A DNA stretch of 64,000 nucleotides from Candidatus Berkelbacteria bacterium (GCA_037142675.1 JBAXAF010000002.1:13300-77299), one strand, 5' to 3'; shown: positions 52,924 to 63,808, counted from the stretch's first letter. The notes: a model not told the origin generated them from the sequence alone. A program made the numbers and translations.

Positions 52924-54471
52924 ATGGGGAAAAAGTCAATTATGAAAAAGCTTGCCCTGAGCGATCCAACCATTGGCGGCGAGTCGAATTGGTCAATTCC
53001 AAATTATCGACTGCTAACGATTTTTTTGGCAACATTTCTTGCTGGCGTTTTTACTGCCAGTTTTTTTAATCTCGATTTTTTTAAAATATATTTAGTAGCA
53101 GTTATATTCGTCCTGATAATTTTCGCAATAAATATACTGATTAACGAATTCATTATTAAAATGATGGCCGCAGCAGCGATAGTTTTTCTCGCTGGTTTTT
53201 TGCTTTTCTCTTTCACTAATACCAAGATGAATAATTTACAGCTTCCGTTCGGACAAACGAAGGAGTTTTCTGGAATAGTAGCCAGTTACCCAACAGTTTC
53301 CGGGAACTCACAAACCTTCTTTTTGCAAACCTCTGATTTTGGCCAACCAGCGAAAATCTATATTTCCACTTCAGCGTTTCCAGCTTTTGCGTACGGCGAC
53401 AAATTAAAAATTAAGTCGGCTGTTACTAAGCCGACAAATATTTCCAATTTTGATTGGGTGAGTTATTTAAAGCGCTATGGGACGGCGGCAACAACAACGC
53501 CGAATCCGCAAATCATTATAGTTTCAACTGATAGTGGAAACAAGTTTCTAAAAAAACTCTATTCCGTGAGAAAAAAATTTGAAATTGCAGTCCAGCGGAC
53601 TTTGCCTGAGCCTGAAAGTTCGCTGGGGATCGGTATTTTAATTGGTTCGAAACAAGGTTTTGGCAAGGACTTAATTAATGATTTTGCTAAAGTTGGAATT
53701 ACTCACATTATCGCTCTGTCGGGTTACAATGTAACAATAATTATTATTTTCTTGACTGATATTCTGCTCGGAGTAATAAGCCGAAAAAAGATTTTTGTTT
53801 TATCAATAATATTAATCATGGGATTTGTCGCCATGACCGGAGCAGCATCATCCGTAATTCGAGCAGCGATAATTACATTGCTGATTGCCTTCGGTAAAAC
53901 AATCGGCCGACGCGCCGATATGGCCAACCTAATTTTGCTCTCAGCAGCCACAATGGTAGCAATTAATCCATTTGTATTGCGCTTTGACACTGGATTTCAA
54001 CTTTCATTCTTGGCTTTTACCGGCCTGGTTTATTTCTCACCAATTGTAAAAAAATTATTTTCCAAAAAGTTTTTTAAAGTCTGGCCAGAGTTTATTAAAT
54101 CGGCTGTGACTGAAACATTATCAGCGCAGATTTTTGTTCTGCCATTAATACTCTCAACTTTCGGTTTAATCTCAATTATTGCGCCAGTTACAAATGTTTT
54201 AATTCTGCCGACGGTTCCAGCAATAATGTTGTTTGTTTTCCTGTCGACAATAATTTATTGGATTGTGCCGGTAATTGGAAAACTAGCATTTCTAATTTGC
54301 TATTTACCACTAAAATATATTATTTTAGTCAGCGAATACTTTGCCAGGCTGCCAGTTGCAGCAATTCAAATTTCTGATTATTGGCAAACTGGTATTATAA
54401 TAATATATATTTTATTATTGGCATTTATTATTTTCAAAAACAAAAAAATTTATGATCCGCAAACTAACTGA
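52924..54471 (+). CDS. comEC: ComEC/Rec2 DNA-uptake channel protein (DUF4131 + competence domain)
   Basis: polytopic membrane protein; competence-domain motif GITHIIALSGYNV. Confidence 0.8.
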   Translation: MGKKSIMKKLALSDPTIGGESNWSIPNYRLLTIFLATFLAGVFTASFFNLDFFKIYLVAVIFVLIIFAINILINEFIIKMMAAAAIVFLAGFLLFSFTNTKMNNLQLPFGQTKEFSGIVASYPTVSGNSQTFFLQTSDFGQPAKIYISTSAFPAFAYGDKLKIKSAVTKPTNISNFDWVSYLKRYGTAATTTPNPQIIIVSTDSGNKFLKKLYSVRKKFEIAVQRTLPEPESSLGIGILIGSKQGFGKDLINDFAKVGITHIIALSGYNVTIIIIFLTDILLGVISRKKIFVLSIILIMGFVAMTGAASSVIRAAIITLLIAFGKTIGRRADMANLILLSAATMVAINPFVLRFDTGFQLSFLAFTGLVYFSPIVKKLFSKKFFKVWPEFIKSAVTETLSAQIFVLPLILSTFGLISIIAPVTNVLILPTVPAIMLFVFLSTIIYWIVPVIGKLAFLICYLPLKYIILVSEYFARLPVAAIQISDYWQTGIIIIYILLLAFIIFKNKKIYDPQTN

Positions 54472-55318
54472 AAATTGGCGAATATACATTTTGATATTTC
54501 TCGCACTACTAGCCGTAGCAATTTGGACAGTATATTTTGAAGAACCAGATAATAATGTTCATATTTATGTCTTAAACGTCGGCCAAGGAGACGCGGAGTT
54601 AATCCAAAAAGGAAATTATCAAATACTAATTGACGGTGGACCTGACAATTCTATAATTGCACAGTTGGGCAAAGTTATGCCCGTTGAGGACCGTGAGATC
54701 GAGGAGATGATTTTGACCCATCCGCATGCCGACCATGTTGCCGGGTTGGTGGAGGTTTTGAATCGCTACAAAGTCGATAAAGTAATTTACAATGGTGTTG
54801 ATTATTCATCAAATGCCTACAAGGAATTTCAAACGAAAATAAAAGAAAAAAATATCCCAGTTTCAACGCCAGAAATCGGTAACACAGAAAAAGTTTTTGA
54901 CCAAGGGGTTATTAACTACCTCTGGCCAGGCAATAATTCTGATACTTATAAAGACAATCTGAATAATACGTCTGTGATTTTTCGATTTGATTATGGAAAT
55001 TTTTCCGGACTTTTTACTGGCGATGCTGAAATGCCCACATGGCAACAGATAATTACCAATGATAAAGATTTGATATCCAATGTTGTATTTTTGAAAGTTG
55101 CTCATCACGGCTCGAACACTGGTTCAGCCGACGCTAATATTTCTGTCATAAAACCAAAAATAGCCATTATTTCTTGCAGCGTCAACAATAAATACGGCTT
55201 TCCACACAAGGAAACCCTTGATTCATTACAAAAGATCGGTGCTGATATTTATCGCACCGATCTTCTTGGAGCTATTGATATTTCAACTGACGGCAAAGTC
55301 TGGAAGGTAAATAATTAA
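54452..55318 (+). CDS. metallo-beta-lactamase domain protein (ComEC C-terminal domain encoded separately)
   Basis: N-terminal TM helix; MBL motifs THPHADHVAG, GD, KVAHHGS. Confidence 0.75.
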   Translation: MIRKLTENWRIYILIFLALLAVAIWTVYFEEPDNNVHIYVLNVGQGDAELIQKGNYQILIDGGPDNSIIAQLGKVMPVEDREIEEMILTHPHADHVAGLVEVLNRYKVDKVIYNGVDYSSNAYKEFQTKIKEKNIPVSTPEIGNTEKVFDQGVINYLWPGNNSDTYKDNLNNTSVIFRFDYGNFSGLFTGDAEMPTWQQIITNDKDLISNVVFLKVAHHGSNTGSADANISVIKPKIAIISCSVNNKYGFPHKETLDSLQKIGADIYRTDLLGAIDISTDGKVWKVNN

Positions 55319-56352
55319 ACTTTTAGTATTCTGACAATTAGACTGTCTTTGTGTAGGCCTGCCAACCAGTCTGTAAAGCTTTGGTCAGCTTGACCTTTTT
55401 TCTCTGTGACTTTAATAATGTGCCAGCCAAACTGAGTTTTAAATGATTCTGAAACTTGTCCTACGGCCGTAGTGAAAGCAACCTTTTCAAATTCGGGGTC
55501 CATTTGGCCGTGAGAGAAGAAACCTAAATCGCCGCCATTTGTAGCCGAACCAGTATCCTCGCTAAATTGCTTAGCCTCTGCCGCAAAGTCCGCTCCACCC
55601 TTAATATCTGCGGCTGCCTTATCAATTTTAACCTTTGCTGCTGCTACGGCCGCCGCATCAGCATTTTGGTCAACACGAATTAATATGTGCCCTGCGTGGA
55701 CCTGAACCGGCACTGCATCTTGTAGTTTTTGCTGCAAAATTTGGTCTGCTATTAGTTGTTTAAAATCAGAAACATTTAAACCATACAGATCATTTAGAAC
55801 TTTTTTGACTTCATCCTCACCACCGTTTTGGGCCACAACATCACTGTAGGCGTTGGTAACATCGGATTCAGAGACTGTCACGCCATATTTCTTCGCCTGA
55901 CTTTTCATGACTTCGTTGTCAACTAATTGATCCATAATCTGCGATCTGACCTCGGCATAATCTACACCAGTCTGCTGAGTTGATGAGTAAAACTTTGATA
56001 TATACTGATAATTGCGAAAGTACGCATCTATTGTGACAATTCTTCCTTGCACTATTGCCGCTGGATAAGGAATAATTTTTGATGTTAACCTGGTAACCGA
56101 ATCGTTAATCTTATATTTGTAAATTCCAACTCCAATGGCGGCGCCAAAGGCAAAAATTAATAACGAAAGAATAAATATTGCCTTGAAAACACGATTGGCC
56201 CAAATGCCAACCAAGGGATGAAGCTCTAACGCTTCGCCATTTCTAATTTTCTTAAATAGATCAGATACTAGCAAACAAAAGCGCCAGATAATTAAGGCGA
56301 TTTTCTTGATAAACTGCCAGATACCAACAAACATTTTTTTAATTTTTTTCAT
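55315..56352 (-). CDS. membrane-anchored parvulin-type peptidyl-prolyl isomerase (PrsA/SurA-like)
   Basis: PpiC domain HAGHILIRV...GGDLGFFSHGQM..FEKVAF. Confidence 0.75.
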   Translation of the reverse strand: MKKIKKMFVGIWQFIKKIALIIWRFCLLVSDLFKKIRNGEALELHPLVGIWANRVFKAIFILSLLIFAFGAAIGVGIYKYKINDSVTRLTSKIIPYPAAIVQGRIVTIDAYFRNYQYISKFYSSTQQTGVDYAEVRSQIMDQLVDNEVMKSQAKKYGVTVSESDVTNAYSDVVAQNGGEDEVKKVLNDLYGLNVSDFKQLIADQILQQKLQDAVPVQVHAGHILIRVDQNADAAAVAAAKVKIDKAAADIKGGADFAAEAKQFSEDTGSATNGGDLGFFSHGQMDPEFEKVAFTTAVGQVSESFKTQFGWHIIKVTEKKGQADQSFTDWLAGLHKDSLIVRILKV

Positions 56353-56421
56353 ATTATTTTTCCTCTATTAAATTCTAGCTAAAATCCTACCTAAATGCAA
56401 CATGTTCGCAAAGGCCCAGTA

Positions 56422-56991
56422 TTATCGACCCCACGAAACTGTCAGTACCAGCAATAACAAAACAAATACTGCGGTGTAGATGTACCCTAGAAAGCTTCTG
56501 CCAATTTGATTTTTTTCAGAAATGTTTGCCAAGTAACCCGTAAAAACGTAAGTGAAAATACCTATAATCAAGCTTTTTGTTAATGGGTTAATTAGCCAAA
56601 AACTCAAAATTAGATACAGCTCCAATATCGACAATAGGAAAAATGTCAGCACCAGCGAAAAGTTTTCATTTATAATAATTAACTTGCGAGCCAAAAACCA
56701 AAAAACTGTGCCTGCTACAATTGCCAGCCCGATTAGTACAACCCACAGAGGCAAACCAAACGCAGACCCAAGACCATAAAAAAAATAAGCAAGAGAAAAA
56801 ATTATGTCGATTAAAACAAAGTACTCGGCTCGTTTAGTGATGACTAAAAAAACCACAAACAGGGAAACCAGCAAAAAGCTCCACTCAAAAATCACCAGAG
56901 TAGGAAAAACAAAAAATGAGGCAGCGCCCCATAAAACTAAAAAAATTAGAATTAATTTTTCGACTAAGTTTTCAACCTTTGATATTTGCAT
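56422..56991 (-). CDS. hypothetical polytopic membrane protein
   Basis: 189 aa, 6 predicted TM helices. Confidence 0.4.
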   Translation of the reverse strand: MQISKVENLVEKLILIFLVLWGAASFFVFPTLVIFEWSFLLVSLFVVFLVITKRAEYFVLIDIIFSLAYFFYGLGSAFGLPLWVVLIGLAIVAGTVFWFLARKLIIINENFSLVLTFFLLSILELYLILSFWLINPLTKSLIIGIFTYVFTGYLANISEKNQIGRSFLGYIYTAVFVLLLLVLTVSWGR

Positions 56992-58315
56992 AGGCTTCTT
57001 TGTTATCTTGGCCTATTATAATTTCTAGGTCAATAGTCCCATTTGGTGCTGTAGTTTTGGTAATAACTTTAGCGGTCAGTCTGCTAGCTAAAAATTGTAA
57101 AGTGTATTTCTTGGCACCCTTGGAATAGTCATCAATTTCAGATGTTTTCTGGATCGTTTTTGTGGTCTGAACATCAACAATATTATAGCCATAACTTTTA
57201 AGTAGCGTTGACCAGCCGGTTGCGGCGGAAGTTGAACCGGAAGCATTGATAATTCTAATATTCGCCGCTTCCTTTTTTAGATACGGATCAGAAAATATTT
57301 CATGAGCAATCTTTTGAACATCTTTCCAGTTGCCAGTTTTTGTCTTAAGATAAAATGTTCCCGATGTTGAGTCTGAAACTAGTGGACCACTCGCCCCATT
57401 GTCCAAAACTTTGGTAACAATTTGTGACTTATCAATCTTTTTAACTATCGTCACCAGCGATTTTATTTCATCTGTGACCAAGTCTGTCTTGACACTGGCC
57501 CCAAGAGCGCTAATAAGTGATAGAATTTTTTCTGGGTTAGACAAAGTACTTGAGGACATAACTTTATCCTTAAAGGCCGCCATTACTAGCTGCTGCCTGG
57601 CCGATCTATCAAAATCCGACGTTGTCTCCCTGGACCTGGCATATTTTAACGCTGTTGTCCCATCCATGTGTTGCTGACCGGCAGCAATTTTAAACGGCTG
57701 ATAGTGAACCATGTCATCGGCTGGAAACATTGGGTCATTAAGTGCTTTTGGCACGTTCACGTCTACACCACCAATAGCATCAATAGCCTTTTTGAAACCA
57801 GAAAAATCGATTTTGATATAGTAGTGGATTGGCAAATCAAGAATTGTCCCGACTTGCTGTTTAGCCAAACTTCCTCCGCCTTCTTTGCCTTGTTTGTTAC
57901 CGAAGTCATACACTGCATTGATTTTTCCTGCGTAGCTCGGGGTCTTCATGGTGACATACAAATCGCGGGGGATTGAAAGCATTGCCATTGTATTGTTAAC
58001 CGGATCGATCGATAGAACTTCGATCGAGTCAGTCAAATTACCACCAGGATGGCTTGACCCGCCAGCACCAAGCAACAAAATATTAATTCGGCCATCACCT
58101 TCACCTTTTAGCTGAACGTCTTTGCTGCCAGAGAGCATTTGTAAAAACGGTGATGAGCCAGAATAGTTTTTAGTAAACATACCGCGCCAACGTGCATAGG
58201 TTACTCCGCCACCAATAAGCAGAATGGCCAGAATAACAGAAATAATAATCCAGAGCTTTTTCTTGGATTTTGGTTTTTGTTTTTGGCCTGGGTTTTCTAG
58301 AAGAATTTTTGACAT
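56972..58315 (-). CDS. LytR-CpsA-Psr (LCP) family cell-envelope phosphotransferase
   Basis: N-terminal anchor; LCP core INILLLGAGG...DSIEVLSIDPVNNTMAMLSIPRDLYV. Confidence 0.8.
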   Translation of the reverse strand: MSKILLENPGQKQKPKSKKKLWIIISVILAILLIGGGVTYARWRGMFTKNYSGSSPFLQMLSGSKDVQLKGEGDGRINILLLGAGGSSHPGGNLTDSIEVLSIDPVNNTMAMLSIPRDLYVTMKTPSYAGKINAVYDFGNKQGKEGGGSLAKQQVGTILDLPIHYYIKIDFSGFKKAIDAIGGVDVNVPKALNDPMFPADDMVHYQPFKIAAGQQHMDGTTALKYARSRETTSDFDRSARQQLVMAAFKDKVMSSSTLSNPEKILSLISALGASVKTDLVTDEIKSLVTIVKKIDKSQIVTKVLDNGASGPLVSDSTSGTFYLKTKTGNWKDVQKIAHEIFSDPYLKKEAANIRIINASGSTSAATGWSTLLKSYGYNIVDVQTTKTIQKTSEIDDYSKGAKKYTLQFLASRLTAKVITKTTAPNGTIDLEIIIGQDNKEAYANIKG

Positions 58316-58383
58316 GAAAAAAATTAGAAGTTTCTTGTATAATTATCTTACCAAACAATGAAATAATCTGTCTAGGTCTAAAT

Positions 58384-58779
58384 TTATTTCTTGATTTTTG
58401 GCTTAGTAATATGAGGCTGGTTTAAATAAATCGGCAAAACAAAGTCTCTTCGATCGCTGACAACTTTTCCATTGGTATCAGCTTCGTAAATTGGAACTTT
58501 TAGCGACCAAGCAAGAAAATTTGCCGTCGTAATCCCAATTCGCAGTCCTGTGTATGACCCGGGTCCGGGGAAAATAGCGACTGAATCGATTTGAAAATTA
58601 TTACCTTTAATAAGTTGGTCAATTTCGAGCAATAGCTTATCAGACAATTCCGAGCGACTTTCAATTATTTTTTCGCAAACCATTTTTCTATCTAAAAATA
58701 GTGCGATTCTCGTTTGATCGGTCGCACAATTAATAAACAACAAATTACCAGCTAATTTTTCTACTGTTTTCATTAACAT
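58384..58779 (-). CDS. tsaB: tRNA threonylcarbamoyladenosine biosynthesis protein TsaB (short form)
   Basis: GPGSYTGLRIGITTANFLAWSL motif of YeaZ/TsaB. Confidence 0.65.
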   Translation of the reverse strand: MLMKTVEKLAGNLLFINCATDQTRIALFLDRKMVCEKIIESRSELSDKLLLEIDQLIKGNNFQIDSVAIFPGPGSYTGLRIGITTANFLAWSLKVPIYEADTNGKVVSDRRDFVLPIYLNQPHITKPKIKK

Positions 58780-59176
58780 AGCTAAAATTAATTATAGTCA
58801 TATTTTCTGGGAATTCGCTGAAAACCTGCTCCGGCCACTCAACAACAACAATATTTTTCCCATCAGCCAAAAACTCTTCAAAACCAATCGCTTCCAAGTC
58901 CTGTTTCGAAGACAGGCGATAAGCGTCGATATGAACCAATTGGCAATCATCACCGGAATAGATTTTCTGAACGACGAAGGTCGGGCTGGTAATATTTCTC
59001 TCAACACCTAAGAAACTTGCCAAACCTTTGACGAAAGCGGTTTTGCCACTGCCAAGATCACCAACAAGGCCTATTAAAAAAGCACTCGGAGACTGCTCGC
59101 CGCCAGGCAGGTTTTCACTAAGAAATTTTTTGGCTAAATTCTCAGTTTCTTCAGGAGAATTGGTAATGTGATCCAT
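58745..59176 (-). CDS. tsaE: tRNA threonylcarbamoyladenosine biosynthesis ATPase TsaE
   Basis: P-loop GDLGSGKT in YjeE/TsaE context; 143 aa. Confidence 0.75.
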   Translation of the reverse strand: MDHITNSPEETENLAKKFLSENLPGGEQSPSAFLIGLVGDLGSGKTAFVKGLASFLGVERNITSPTFVVQKIYSGDDCQLVHIDAYRLSSKQDLEAIGFEEFLADGKNIVVVEWPEQVFSEFPENMTIINFSYVNENSRKISW

Positions 59177-60897
59177 GAGAATATTATTGCAGTTATAATA
59201 ATATATACGACACTCGAGCCAGAATTTGGCAACCCGGATGACGAGATAATTTTAACATCACTTTGAACAATTGGCAATATGCGATAGTTGTCGCCATATT
59301 GGGACAATATTCCAGCAATTTGCACTCGATCGCCAACAGACATCCGCGGCTTATTAATTCCCGTGCCGGTTCGAATTGAAACCTCAATTTCTCCCCACCG
59401 GGGGTCACCTCCGGAGACACTCCCATGAATGTAAAACGTGCTGCCGGAAGTTTTTGTTACGGTTCCCACGACTGAAATATACTGACCTTCAAAATTCTCA
59501 GCGATTTGGGAAATGGTAGTTTTCACCGATGCCGGCGGTGGATGGGTCGATAAAATCCAGATATCAGAAAGCTCGGAAGTTTTCAGCCGCCGCTCACCAT
59601 TGATTGATCCTAGTTCGCCTGTCACTTGGATTTGATCTCCGACACTTAAAGCTGGAAATAATTTGTCATAACTATAAATTTGAACGCCGGAGATTCCGTC
59701 CTGAATATAAAAATACTGCGATGATAATTTCCCTGGCACAACACTGACAGTACCAGTGACTTGCAATGCAGTGCCGTCCGGTTGGTTTCTGGCGCCGGCA
59801 ATATCGGTTTGTAAAATCGGCGCGTCTTGATCTGGTACATTAACTTCAACAGTTAAAATATTCTCCGCTGCCGGTGTTAAAGTTGTCGTCCACTGCCAAC
59901 TATCGGTGAATTTAGAATAACTTTGACCGCGATTGGTTTTTCCGTAAGTAACGGCAGATTTTATGTCTCCACTTGGATCAATTAAATTTGTCGTATCTCC
60001 GGTGTCTGTTAGACCAATTTTTATTTCCGGATTTTTAAAAACCCGATATTCTTTGGCTTTGACAATTGTGCTAATTTCGAATGTCCCGGCATCTAGTTGC
60101 CAATTTATCAGATCGATATCGATGTCGGAAGAATTATAAAGTTCAATATATTCATCCGCCGAACCGGTTGCCGGCTGCGGCAAAAGTTCGTTGATATAAA
60201 TTTTGTCAGAATAAATTACTGTTGTTGGCAATATATTTTCGCTGCCTCTTGTTATTGGAACTATCTGAAAATCATTCGCGTCATTAATAGTATCAATCCC
60301 ATTTGGAATTCGAGAGATTGATTGCCCCTGATTTGGTACTGCCGCATTATTTGCCAGTGGCCCAAATGTAACTCGATCAATTTCAATAGTGTTATTTCTC
60401 AAAACCAGTGTTGCCCCACTGTTTGCCAGCCAATTAATACCAAGATTACAAATATAATATTCGTCATTCCTCGGGCACATTGCCATCGATAATGGTTTTT
60501 TATATTCCGTTCCACTGCCGGTAATTTTTACCAGTGAATAATCAGCCAAATTGAAATCTGAATTACTTGGATCATAAAGTTCCACCCATTCTATATCTGT
60601 CCCACCAGAAATTTGATTTGGATAAATTTCATTAATCACAATGTAATCACCGGCGGCTTTGGCTTTCGGTGATAAAACAAAAATGACGCCGATAAAAAAT
60701 AGCGCCATTATTGCGTAAAAAAATAATCCAAATGCAATTTTCCCCCACCCCTGTTGCATAAAATTATTATAACACAAATTAAAAAACACTGCGAGGAAGC
60801 TAAGTGGTCCCGAGGCCTTCGGGAACTTTAAGCTCCATGCACAGTGCAATTTTCCCCCAACGGCAAGAAAACAAAAAACCTTCGAGTAATTGCCCAA
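59134..60897 (-). CDS. surface protein with two lamin-tail domains (LTD) and C-terminal membrane anchor
   Basis: INEIYPNQ...EWVELYDPS and YINELLPQP...EYIELYNSS LTD signatures; C-terminal hydrophobic helix. Confidence 0.6.
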   Translation of the reverse strand: MGNYSKVFCFLAVGGKLHCAWSLKFPKASGPLSFLAVFFNLCYNNFMQQGWGKIAFGLFFYAIMALFFIGVIFVLSPKAKAAGDYIVINEIYPNQISGGTDIEWVELYDPSNSDFNLADYSLVKITGSGTEYKKPLSMAMCPRNDEYYICNLGINWLANSGATLVLRNNTIEIDRVTFGPLANNAAVPNQGQSISRIPNGIDTINDANDFQIVPITRGSENILPTTVIYSDKIYINELLPQPATGSADEYIELYNSSDIDIDLINWQLDAGTFEISTIVKAKEYRVFKNPEIKIGLTDTGDTTNLIDPSGDIKSAVTYGKTNRGQSYSKFTDSWQWTTTLTPAAENILTVEVNVPDQDAPILQTDIAGARNQPDGTALQVTGTVSVVPGKLSSQYFYIQDGISGVQIYSYDKLFPALSVGDQIQVTGELGSINGERRLKTSELSDIWILSTHPPPASVKTTISQIAENFEGQYISVVGTVTKTSGSTFYIHGSVSGGDPRWGEIEVSIRTGTGINKPRMSVGDRVQIAGILSQYGDNYRILPIVQSDVKIISSSGLPNSGSSVVYIIITAIIFSWITLPILLKKLRI

Positions 60898-60944
60898 AAG
60901 TTTTGTATTACCAGTATAATTTATTCAAGATATTGTGTCAATTA

Positions 60945-61994
60945 CTATATTATTAACATCGCATCGCCAAAAGAGTAAAATCGATATTGATTTTTTATTG
61001 CATAATTATAAAGCTCTAAAAGTTTCTCCCGCCCATCAAAATTTGTTTTCGATTGAATAAAAGCCGCCACCAACATCATTAAACTTGATTTTGGCAGATG
61101 AAAATTAGTGATAAGACCATCAATGATTTTGAATTTGTCACCAGGCTGGATAAAAATATCGGTTGATTCGGAAATATCATTTCCTCCTGATAGTATTTTT
61201 TCCGATACTGATTCCAAAGCCCGAGCTGTGGTTGTGCCAACAGCAATAATTCGACCACCAGATTTTTTCGTTGATAGAATATTCTCAATCGTTGTACTTG
61301 GAATAAAAAAATTCTCCGAGTGCAATTTTTTCTGCTTAACATTCTCGTCGTCAATCGGAGCAAAAGTTCCCAAGCCAACATGTAAGTCAACCGAAGCGAA
61401 ATTAACGCTAGCAACTTTTAAATCAGAAATTAATTTTTCAGTGAAATGCAAACCTGCGGTCGGAGCGGCAGCTGAACCGTAATTCTTAGCATAAACTGTC
61501 TGGTATTCTTTCTTCAATTTCGTTTCAGAAAGTGGTGAATTTTTAATATAAGGAGGAATCGGCATTTGGCCAATTTTTTCTACTATCTGCCAAAATTTCT
61601 CGTCTGGATAATTAAACGCAACCAAACACTCCTTGCCGCTTTTCTCCAAAATTTCTGCCTTCAAATTATCAGAAAAATAAATTTTATCTCCAACTAAAAC
61701 TTTACCGCCTACTAAAACTTGCCAATTCTGACCAGATTTTTCTAGCAACAAAATCTCAATATTCCCACCTGTAATTTTCCGACCAAAAAATCTTGCAGGC
61801 ATAACCTTGGAATTGTTAGTGACAACTAAATCGCCGGGTTTTAGAAAATCACTGAGATCAGAAAAAGATTTATGACATATATTATTTTTTTCGGTTTCAA
61901 AAACTAAAAGCCGCGAAGCATCTCGCGGATTCGCAGGCGTTTTAGCAATCAGAATTTCTGGTAGAAGATAATTATACTTCTCTATCCGTGTCAT
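60945..61994 (-). CDS. queA: S-adenosylmethionine:tRNA ribosyltransferase-isomerase
   Basis: QueA N-terminus YNYLLPEILIAKTPANPRDASRLLV and full-length 349 aa. Confidence 0.9.
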   Translation of the reverse strand: MTRIEKYNYLLPEILIAKTPANPRDASRLLVFETEKNNICHKSFSDLSDFLKPGDLVVTNNSKVMPARFFGRKITGGNIEILLLEKSGQNWQVLVGGKVLVGDKIYFSDNLKAEILEKSGKECLVAFNYPDEKFWQIVEKIGQMPIPPYIKNSPLSETKLKKEYQTVYAKNYGSAAAPTAGLHFTEKLISDLKVASVNFASVDLHVGLGTFAPIDDENVKQKKLHSENFFIPSTTIENILSTKKSGGRIIAVGTTTARALESVSEKILSGGNDISESTDIFIQPGDKFKIIDGLITNFHLPKSSLMMLVAAFIQSKTNFDGREKLLELYNYAIKNQYRFYSFGDAMLII

Positions 61995-62895
61995 TAAACG
62001 ACACCTCCTGCCCCTCTGATAACTCTTTTAATTCTTTCTCAAACTTTTCCGGCTTGTCTACATTGTCTGCCCCAAACCCATATTCTTCAATTGGCTGTTG
62101 ATTTTTAAACTCTTCATCCGAAGGGGATAGACTGTCATCAGGTGCTATTTTCTTGTCAGCTGATGAGCTATAAGATTCTTCCAAATATTTTATTCCGCCC
62201 TCAGACTCATCATCTGACATTAATTGACTTTTAGGACCATCTACCTTGACAGCAGGCTCATCCACTGCTGGCTCTTGTTGATCATTCTTCCCTTCCTCGG
62301 GATGGAAGTAGTCCTCGGGTCGGTAATCATCCGCAGCGCCTTGGTTTCGATGGACCTTTGGCTCATACTCAGCCTCAATTGATGCTTCGTGCAATTCTAT
62401 AATTTGTTTGGCCAAAGTGTACGGGTGCGGGACATCTTCAAAAATGAAGTTCTCTCGCTCACCAGCAGTTTGAATGTGTATGCTGCCAAAATGAATAAGG
62501 GTTTGGAGAAAACCTTCAACCTCGGCTTCAACATCCTGAATTTGATGCAAATGAAGTTCGGCAATTTCGCGGCTAAAAAAGCCTTTTTGCTTGATATCAA
62601 CAATTCTTTTGTTGGTAACAATGTAAACGTCAAGATAGTAATTAACAAAGCCATATAGCAATAAACCAAGAGCAGTTAATGTATAACTTCCGCCAATAAT
62701 AATGGCAAAGTTTCCAATGGGGCCAGAAAAAACATCCGGGTTGCTCGCCCAATAGGCTACAAGCACTAGCACCGGAACTAATAAGACTGCAACGAAGAAA
62801 ATTATCGTTGCAAATACTATCCAGTGGCGCCTAATAAGCAAAAAAACTCGCTCGCCGCTGACTTGTGATGGGAAAAATTTACCTGAAATCGGCAT
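61972..62895 (-). CDS. membrane protein with bacterial PH (bPH_2/DUF304) domain and acidic C-terminal tail
   Basis: two TM helices then YIVTNKRIVDIKQKGFFSREI PH-like segment. Confidence 0.5.
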   Translation of the reverse strand: MPISGKFFPSQVSGERVFLLIRRHWIVFATIIFFVAVLLVPVLVLVAYWASNPDVFSGPIGNFAIIIGGSYTLTALGLLLYGFVNYYLDVYIVTNKRIVDIKQKGFFSREIAELHLHQIQDVEAEVEGFLQTLIHFGSIHIQTAGERENFIFEDVPHPYTLAKQIIELHEASIEAEYEPKVHRNQGAADDYRPEDYFHPEEGKNDQQEPAVDEPAVKVDGPKSQLMSDDESEGGIKYLEESYSSSADKKIAPDDSLSPSDEEFKNQQPIEEYGFGADNVDKPEKFEKELKELSEGQEVSFNDTDREV

Positions 62896-62903
62896 TTTAT
62901 CCT

Positions 62904-63134
62904 TTATGTTAATGTCGACGGCCAGGCCCTGAGGCTAATAGCTATTAGCGTAAAGACGATTACCGTAATAGTCGATACTACATATATTATTATGGCTGGC
63001 TTTGTGAAGTCACCAACATAGCCGAACCTCCAAAGGTGGTAAAGGCCGAAAGCGCTAAAAACAACAAAAACCGCCAAAAAAATAAAATAACAGATTAATA
63101 ATAGCATCATAATTTTACTCCAACATCCGTTCAT
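62904..63134 (-). CDS. small membrane protein
   Basis: 76 aa, two TM helices. Confidence 0.3.
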   Translation of the reverse strand: MNGCWSKIMMLLLICYFIFLAVFVVFSAFGLYHLWRFGYVGDFTKPAIIIYVVSTITVIVFTLIAISLRAWPSTLT

Positions 63135-63687
63135 TTATAGAAAAAGTGCAACCACAGTACGATGGTATCATAAATCTGTGCGAACGTGAATAATTTCTGC
63201 CTTGCCAATAACCTTTGCGAAAATCATCGTACACAAACTCAAGATCATTCTCTTTGGCGATTTGACTGGAAATATAATCGATAAATTCGTGGTCCTGATA
63301 AGGCGAAGCTAGAAGTGTAGTTGAAAAATATTTTATTCGCTTATTTTTAGCTTCCTGTGCAGTTCTCATCATTTTTAATTCATAGCAAAATTCACAACGT
63401 TTTCTTCGAAACCGATTTTTATCATTAATAAATTTTAACGATTTTGGATCTTGCCAAGGTTTGATTGGTTTAAAAAATTCATCCTCGTCGTACTCGGGAA
63501 CGATTAACTCCAAATTATTTTTTTGGCAGTAGTCAGTTACGTCTTTCAGGCGATTTAAATATTCAACCTTCCCATGGATCGAAGGATTGTAATAAAAAAT
63601 TGTTGGCGAGAAATCCCTCTCAACCAATTTATTATGAACATATGACAAACAAGAAACACAACAAGTATGCAATAAAATTTTCTTCAT
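63115..63687 (-). CDS. queH: epoxyqueuosine reductase QueH (DUF208)
   Basis: N-terminal LLHTCCVSC and C-terminal CGCTFS cysteine motifs typical of QueH; co-located with queA. Confidence 0.7.
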   Translation of the reverse strand: MKKILLHTCCVSCLSYVHNKLVERDFSPTIFYYNPSIHGKVEYLNRLKDVTDYCQKNNLELIVPEYDEDEFFKPIKPWQDPKSLKFINDKNRFRRKRCEFCYELKMMRTAQEAKNKRIKYFSTTLLASPYQDHEFIDYISSQIAKENDLEFVYDDFRKGYWQGRNYSRSHRFMIPSYCGCTFSINERMLE

Positions 63688-63808
63688 GATAAATTTTATT
63701 AAATTTCTAAATCCTAATTTCTAAACAAATTTTAAATCCCAAAAGTTTTGAATTTTGAAAATTTGATCATTAGATATTGTTTAGAGTTTAGAATTTAGAT
63801 GTTAGAGA

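Noticed and set aside
52617-52973. 118-aa Cys-rich ORF (minus) and 80-aa ORF (plus) in the GC-rich block
   Set aside because: Mutually overlapping ORFs in several frames within a high-GC noncoding-looking segment; no start-site context; treated as artefacts
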